NCBI GenBank assembly: GCA_965207225.1
Contig: CBDBLV010000003.1
Coordinates: forward strand, 295,419 to 359,418
DNA: 64,000 nucleotides
Origin: Dehalococcoidia bacterium
Lineage (GTDB): Bacteria; Chloroflexota; Dehalococcoidia; Plut-88900
Direction: 5' to 3'
The notes beneath the pieces are model-generated. The model was given only the letters and a program-made list of their open reading frames with translations. It was not told the DNA's origin and did no database searches. The position numbers and the translations under genes were made by a program. Shown in pieces: positions 59,701 through 64,000 of this stretch (within the stretch, counting starts at the first letter, position 1; each line of letters begins with the position of its first letter).

Positions 59701-62700
59701 GTTGTGTTTGACCCTCGCACGGCGGTCGATGAAGGGAATGCCGTCTCATTCACGGTGAGGGTCTTCTCGCTCATCGAAGATTCGACGCTGGAAAAAATCA
59801 CCCTGGAATGGAACACGGCCGCGGACGCCGACGGCGACCATCCGGCGGACGCCGGCGACTATACCCCGGTGACAGTCCAGACCATTGGCTGGCCAGGCAG
59901 CAGGGGCTTAGAAGACGTCGTCGAAACGATCACCGTGCAGACCACCCAGGACGCGCTGGATGAGTTCGACGAGACCTTCCTGATCGAACTAAACGCCATT
60001 GCCAAGCATCCCGTTCATCCCCACGAAGTGGAATTCACCATTTTAGGCAATCGCGATGTCGTTAAGCTGGGTCCGAACGCCACGGCGAGCGTGACCGCGA
60101 CTATCGTTGACAACGACGCCCCGCCCACCTTGTCGGTGGCCGACGCCGGCGCGTCCGAAGGGAGCAAGGCTGCCTTCACGGTGACGCTGTCGACGGTCTC
60201 CGCCAGGGACGTCACGTTCCAGTGGAAGACCGCCAACGACGCCGACGGAGCCAACCCGGCCGGGGCTACGGACTACACGGCGGTGACGGCCACGACGGCG
60301 ACCATCGCGGCGGGGGACCGGACGGCGACCCTGGAGGTGCAGACCACCGGGGACGACGAAACCGAGCAGGACGAAACCTTCCTGGTGCAGCTCTCTTCTC
60401 CCACCAACGCGACCATTTTCGACGCCGAGGCGGTGGGCACCATCAGCGACAGATTTTCCCTGCGTGGAGCGGTAGAGCACCAAGTTGATGAGAATTTGGC
60501 GTGGCGCGACGAGTTCAGGGTTGAGGGCAGCCCGACCGGCGCAATCGCCTGGACGCTCGGCGGGGAGGATGCCGATCTCTTCACGGTGACTAACACGTCC
60601 ACCGCCACCCCCGACGTGACCAAGGCCCAACTGTCCCTGGCCGCCCAGGACTTCGAAGACCCCAAGGACGAGGACGAGGACAACGTCTACGAGGTCACGC
60701 TGGTGGCGACCGACGAATCAGGCTTGGCCTCCAGACTGAACGTGAAGGTAACGGTAACCGACGTAATCAGGGCCAGTATTGTGCTTAACCCAGTCAAGCC
60801 GGTCGATGAAGGGGATGCCATCAAATTCCTTGTGCAGATTCAGCAGATAAAAGCGTTGGATGACACCGTCACCCTGGAATGGAACACCGCCACCGATCCC
60901 GACGGCGACCACCCGGCGGACGCCAACGACTTTACCGCAGTGACAAACGGGACCGTTACTTGGCCGGGAAACTACACTGGATTCGATGAAATCAACAAAA
61001 CGATCATGGTACAGACCACCGAAGACAGAGTCGACGAGCACAACGAGACCTTCCTGATCGAGTTGAGAGCCAGTGTCCGAGGTTCTGTTCATTCCCAGGA
61101 TCATCCCAACGAAGTGGCCTTTGTGTTGATCTCTGGAAACGATGACGGCATAGCTCGAGGTCCCAACGCCGCGGCGACCGCCACCGCGACCATCAAGGAC
61201 GACGATGCGGCCACGGCGGTGGTCTCGGTGGGCGCGCCGGGGGCGGCGGTCATCGAGGGCGACGACCCAACCAAGACGACCGAAATGAGCTTCCCGGTGA
61301 GCCTGTCGGCGGCCTCGGGCAAGGTGGTGACCGTCACCTACACGCTGACCGGGACGGCGAGGGCGCCCGGCGACTACACGGAACCGGACCCGCTGAGCGT
61401 GAGCGTGCCGGCGGGGTCGACCACGGCCAACATCGTCATCCCCATCAGGGGGGACGTGCTGTACGAGGACGACGAGACGGTGATCGTGACCCTGACGGGG
61501 GCGACCAACGCGGCGCTGGACGAGGACGCGTCGGACCTGACGGCCACGGGGACCATCACCGACGACGACGAGACGATAGAGCTGTCGATCGCCGACCTCA
61601 CCGTGGCCGAAGGCAAGACGATGGTGTTCACAGTCAGCATAAGCAGGATCGCGCCTACGGATGTGTTCGTCGGGTGGCGGACGAGTCCAGACAGCACCGG
61701 GGACCACCCGGCTGAACAGCAAAAGGATTTCGTATACGACACAGGTATTGTCAGAATCAAGGCGGGCAACACCAGCGGCCGGCTCGCAGTGCGAACCGTC
61801 GGGGACACGCTGGACGAGCATGACGAGACCTTCCTCATAAAGCTCTCGCAGCCACGAAACGCCACCATTGTCGACGGCCAGGCCACGGGAACCATCACCG
61901 ACGACGACGACGCGCCGACCCTGTCGGTGAACGACGTGAGCGTGGCCGAGGGGGGCTTGGCGGAGTTCACGGCGACCCTCTCGGCGGCCTCGGGCAAGGC
62001 GGTCTTCTTCAAGTGGAAGACGGCGGCGGACGCAGACGGGACCCACGCGGCGGGGGCTTCGGACTACACGGCGGTGGCGGAGACCGACGCGACCATCGCG
62101 GCGGGGTTCAAGACGGTGAAGCTGAAGGTGCAGACGGTCCAGGACACCCTGGGCGAGGAGGACGAGACCTTCCTGGTGCAGCTGTCGGCGGCGGCCAACG
62201 CCACCATCGCCGACGCCGAGGGCCAGGGGACCATCACCGACGACGACGACGCGCCGGTGGACGACGACGCGCCAACCGTCTCGGTCGCCGCGCCGGGGGC
62301 GGCGGTGCCGGAGGGCGACGACCCAACCAAGACGACCGACATGAGCTTCCCGGTGAGCCTGACGGCGGCCTCGGGCAAGGACGTGACGGTGACATACGTC
62401 CTCGGCGGCAGCGCCAGTCCAGGCAGCGACTACATCAAGTCCGACCCTCTCAGCGTGACCATCGCGGCGGGTGCGACCACAGCCAACATCGTGGTGCCGA
62501 TCAAGGGGGACATGCTGGACGAGGACGACGAGTACATCATCGTCACTCTGACGGGGGCGACGAACGCGAAACTGCCTGACACGCCGTCCCAAAAGGCGGC
62601 CATCGGCGACATCACCGACGACGACGGGACGCCGACGTTGTCGGTGAACGACGCCAGCGTGACGGAGGGGGGCACGGTCGCCTTCACGGTGACGCTGTCG

Positions 62701-64000
62701 GCGGCCTCGGGGAAGGCGGTGAGCTTCTCGTGGAAGACGACGGCGGACAGCACCGAGGGGGCGCACGCGGCGGGGGCTGCGGACTACACGGCGGTGGGCA
62801 CCCTGCAGACGGTGACCATCTACCCCGGGGGCCTGACGGCGACGCTGGAGGTGGAGACGACCCAGGACGCCATCGACGAGCACGACGAGACCTTCCTGGT
62901 GCAGCTGTCGGATGCGGCCAACGCGACCTTCAGCGACGGCGGCGACGAGGGCGTGGGGACGATCACCGACAACGACGACGCCACGGCGGTGGCCTCGGTG
63001 GCGGCGCCCGCGGCGGCGGTGGCCGAGGGGAACGACCCGGCGACGACGACGAATATGAGCTTCCCGGTGAGCCTGTCGGCGGCCTCGGGGAAGGTGGTCA
63101 CCGTCACCTACACGCTGACCGGGACGGCCGAGGCGCCCGGGGACTACGCCGAGCCGGACCCGCTGAGCGTGAGCGTGCCGGCCGGTTCCACCACGGCCAA
63201 CATCGTGATTCCGGTAAAGGGGGACGTCCTCGACGAGGACGACGAGACGGTGATCGTGACCCTGACGGGGGCGACCAACGCCGCCCTCTCTAACACGGCG
63301 GCGGAGCTGACCGCCACCGGCACCATCACCGACGACGACGCCACGCCGACCCTGTCGGTGGGCGACGTGAGCGTGGCGGAGGGCGGCACGGCGGAGTTCA
63401 CGGTGACCCTGTCGGCGGCCAGCGGGCGGGACGTGAGCTTCTCCTGGAAGACGGCGGCGGACGCCGACGGGGACCACCCGGCCGGGGCGACGGACTACAC
63501 GGCGGTGACGGCCACCACGGTGACCATCGACGCCGGAGACACCACCGCCACCCTGGAGGTGGAGACCACCCAGGACACCATGGACGAGGAGAACGAGACC
63601 TTCCTGGTGCAGCTGTCGGCGGCGGCCAACGCCACCTTCGCCGACGACGAGGCCACCGGCACCATCACCGACAACGACGACGCGCCCACCCTATCGGTGG
63701 ACGACGTGAGCGTGGCCGAGGGCAGCACGGCGGAGTTCACGGTGACCCTGTCGGCGGCCAGCAGCAAGGCGGTGACCTTCAAGTGGAAGACGGCCAACGC
63801 CACCGGGGCCGACGCGGCGGGGGCCTCGGACTACACGGCGGTGGGCACCCTGCAGACGGTGACCATCGCGGCGGCGACGGAGACCCTGGAGGTGCAGACG
63901 ACCCAGGACACCCTGGACGAGGCCGACGAGACCTTCCTGGTGCAGCTGTCGGACGCGACCAACGCCACCATCGCCGACGCCGAGGGCCAGGGCACCATCA
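53776..64000 (+). CDS. Giant secreted Calx-beta / cadherin-like repeat protein (>3400 aa, 3'-truncated by the window)
   Basis: Frame 1 reads open wherever I translated it, and the ORF track reports no stop-terminated ORF from this start. It has an N-terminal hydrophobic segment ending VSAQ, many Calx-beta units (V.EG...F.V.LS..S...V.V...T..G.DY...DE.DETF.V.LS..NA...G.GTI.DDD) and three cadherin-like units (W.L.G.DA..F....QDFEDPKD.D.DNVYEVT..ATD). Start may be 53776, 53782 or 53794. Confidence 0.92.
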   Translation, partial: MSMGNYMVKRSIDWARIASIVEFRTPAEASRERQSRSGWHTHWLGLFLIVGATLVGLFASDVSAQQGPDRVPVTVSPTSVTILEGGPAQDITLTIPANSGTRERKFYYTFIPSIDITETYGSAGIYGQDFTAKVGGNTVVRQGTITLSGSSEEARTATISLEAIWDGIAEKPERFAIDFQPFNFSDPEVSFPNNKITVTITNRPLPVNVANDRGKEDWDDGATEAAKKDGKVVFRVELPTAPQGAAQTVNYAITPDAPPDFSNAASAGDYTPPAGGASGTLSFLDTKVQEIVVTPVDDNLVEGVEAFTLTLSNPSGNLEFPDQDGDGTPDTTLKAYGFIESEDTVDVTIRGGTVAEGEAARLPVTLARALRPGEHASILAEVVEPTGSHCAGGEKQAVEHVDYREVNSQRFTFGPGDQTGHFEVYTRRDVLDENDECILVFYGNAEGLRAVDADGGQPIVETDADGNEHRYFLKELTITDDDDPPIVSVTSSTVREPDEGETAKLTYVVRLDRSSGRTVKVNYARISRAGTGLPDQATSGTDYEALSAGTLTFLPGETRKKVEVTVKGDYEKEPDEVVWISFTNAVNACFRGVPSCGGGGLISRGIILNDDDPVELTVAVDDATVLEGVSAVVRLTLSRPVPYDLSANFKTKDITATGGVDYRDLSGTAFWIHVPKGQTTGRKAIGVHDDGISGEGLETFTLEFEAGASLFLLGVAPENERVRKQLFGVNYEYADLAASVSMPTITIVDRPGLSLTVLEDKVTEGQPAHVRATLSDPSATDVTFTWKTQDGGNGADDAHTAKAGKDYTARTMQSATIPAGETSIDLPAVQTLQDTIDEGDQYFTVTVVSVTGALPDDADAVVTVRDDDSRPWMSIGDAEAVEGGSLEFTISLDAASERPVSVIWVTEDDTASVLDNDYVGVTARQTVTFAPGELSKTIVVDSQPDIEPEVDEQFRIQLAHAPHAKFRDPTAVGTIKNDDTMQVAIADAAPVTEGPGATADFVISLKPAQTSAVTVRWATSDGASGPLHSARSGGNGNQGENDFTAASGSVTFAAGETEKTVSVTVNDDDFIENTEEFRVTISGDEASIDFSNVVGYAEIEDDDALTWEIVGVLPAALPEGTTADWDDDTIYQVKIRRTAHPDEVNFPWDEFGFQVCALTRPNPRNFPGGATPRGLTVGAAGSTDVSVGKIANGEFRASLVECHERTRIGELAEIHTVQFGGTLREITFGVRPRGDSLAEGNETLSLWLYPFVGRGWSLFSPDARLGLVLTTTIIDDERPQASVSGPASVNEDAGRARFTVSLSKPHTQALEVFVDVRNGTAIAGEDYQPVREKITFAPGETAQTVEVVIFEDGRNEPVPETFTVFLEEASAGLNIHPVEGEATVEINDSTQTDLYIPDRVVDEGETVDILFNSSNPLTRLVTGLVYLTTAGVSNPAADDDVDYTGWERGRRITGYGSYPSRTVLILSGTQSWKLPVPTTEDSRVEADEDLGVLFNIASVNPPQPRYRGYFPVGGNQSYRMPRITIRNDDLGSVAVGGYSDAERLEGLDWESPVPTVSGAPLGHVTWTLEGDDDARFTIDADTGVISLPAQDFDDPKDQNTDNVYQVTARATDEDGNSDTQAVRVTVTSFPIASVAAPAAAVAEGDDPTKTTALNFPVSLSAARNSDATLTYTLGGTATGGTAEEVSDYTTPDPLEVTIPAGSTTANIVIPVKGDVVDEDDETVTVTLTGAVNAELSATAADLTATGTITDDDAPPTLSVADAEAPEGSKVAFEVTLSAASEQAVTFKWGTSDDATGANPATAGTDYTAVTTLQTVTIMAGSTTATLEVETAQDTMDEEDETFLVRLSSPTDATISDGEGEGTITDGFQITGDTSFEATENVAWSSPGDSFVIYGNPHDDVTWTLTGDDADLFTVVSISSSLSVQAQIDLPAQDFEDPKDKDGDNVYEVTLVATDTKGLSAATDVQVTVTNVSIGGVVFDPRTAVDEGNAVSFTVRVFSLIEDSTLEKITLEWNTAADADGDHPADAGDYTPVTVQTIGWPGSRGLEDVVETITVQTTQDALDEFDETFLIELNAIAKHPVHPHEVEFTILGNRDVVKLGPNATASVTATIVDNDAPPTLSVADAGASEGSKAAFTVTLSTVSARDVTFQWKTANDADGANPAGATDYTAVTATTATIAAGDRTATLEVQTTGDDETEQDETFLVQLSSPTNATIFDAEAVGTISDRFSLRGAVEHQVDENLAWRDEFRVEGSPTGAIAWTLGGEDADLFTVTNTSTATPDVTKAQLSLAAQDFEDPKDEDEDNVYEVTLVATDESGLASRLNVKVTVTDVIRASIVLNPVKPVDEGDAIKFLVQIQQIKALDDTVTLEWNTATDPDGDHPADANDFTAVTNGTVTWPGNYTGFDEINKTIMVQTTEDRVDEHNETFLIELRASVRGSVHSQDHPNEVAFVLISGNDDGIARGPNAAATATATIKDDDAATAVVSVGAPGAAVIEGDDPTKTTEMSFPVSLSAASGKVVTVTYTLTGTARAPGDYTEPDPLSVSVPAGSTTANIVIPIRGDVLYEDDETVIVTLTGATNAALDEDASDLTATGTITDDDETIELSIADLTVAEGKTMVFTVSISRIAPTDVFVGWRTSPDSTGDHPAEQQKDFVYDTGIVRIKAGNTSGRLAVRTVGDTLDEHDETFLIKLSQPRNATIVDGQATGTITDDDDAPTLSVNDVSVAEGGLAEFTATLSAASGKAVFFKWKTAADADGTHAAGASDYTAVAETDATIAAGFKTVKLKVQTVQDTLGEEDETFLVQLSAAANATIADAEGQGTITDDDDAPVDDDAPTVSVAAPGAAVPEGDDPTKTTDMSFPVSLTAASGKDVTVTYVLGGSASPGSDYIKSDPLSVTIAAGATTANIVVPIKGDMLDEDDEYIIVTLTGATNAKLPDTPSQKAAIGDITDDDGTPTLSVNDASVTEGGTVAFTVTLSAASGKAVSFSWKTTADSTEGAHAAGAADYTAVGTLQTVTIYPGGLTATLEVETTQDAIDEHDETFLVQLSDAANATFSDGGDEGVGTITDNDDATAVASVAAPAAAVAEGNDPATTTNMSFPVSLSAASGKVVTVTYTLTGTAEAPGDYAEPDPLSVSVPAGSTTANIVIPVKGDVLDEDDETVIVTLTGATNAALSNTAAELTATGTITDDDATPTLSVGDVSVAEGGTAEFTVTLSAASGRDVSFSWKTAADADGDHPAGATDYTAVTATTVTIDAGDTTATLEVETTQDTMDEENETFLVQLSAAANATFADDEATGTITDNDDAPTLSVDDVSVAEGSTAEFTVTLSAASSKAVTFKWKTANATGADAAGASDYTAVGTLQTVTIAAATETLEVQTTQDTLDEADETFLVQLSDATNATIADAEGQGTI

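Noticed and set aside
54997-63477. Long minus-strand ORFs (732 aa, 919 aa and others)
   Set aside because: Antisense shadows of the GC3-biased giant Calx-beta gene.

Overview
High-GC chromosomal window. The gene content (7 amidohydrolase-superfamily genes, 4 family-III CoA transferases, 2 luciferase-like monooxygenases, an orphan Rieske oxygenase, a TPR protein and DUF2851-tsaD) suggests a Chloroflexota/Dehalococcoidia, SAR202-like organism; this is inference, as no rRNA is present. 1-19.6 kb is a catabolic region: hydantoinase A, a deaminase, an FAD oxidase, SulP, and a divergon with three tandem glycine/sarcosine/betaine-reductase component-B-like genes plus two CoA-transferase pairs. 21-50 kb is mostly housekeeping (mgtE, tsaD, thrB, lysC, hisIE, hisF, ilvE, thpR, tRNA-Pro). 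After tRNA-Asp come a decayed multiheme cytochrome and a >3400-aa Calx-beta/cadherin surface protein that the ORF track omits because it runs off the window end; it is preceded by a C17 tract. The most unusual signal is non-coding. Two distant loci (19.6-21.0 kb on + and 50.3-51.2 kb on -) share one architecture: a composite palindromic repeat with a sequence-variable 18-bp hairpin, then a sigma70-type promoter, then an inverted-repeat-closed, heavily base-paired element with shared motifs. One ~162-nt domain is present once at one locus and twice at the other. This is a candidate new large structured RNA or non-autonomous mobile element family. All calls were made by eye; no database searches were run.
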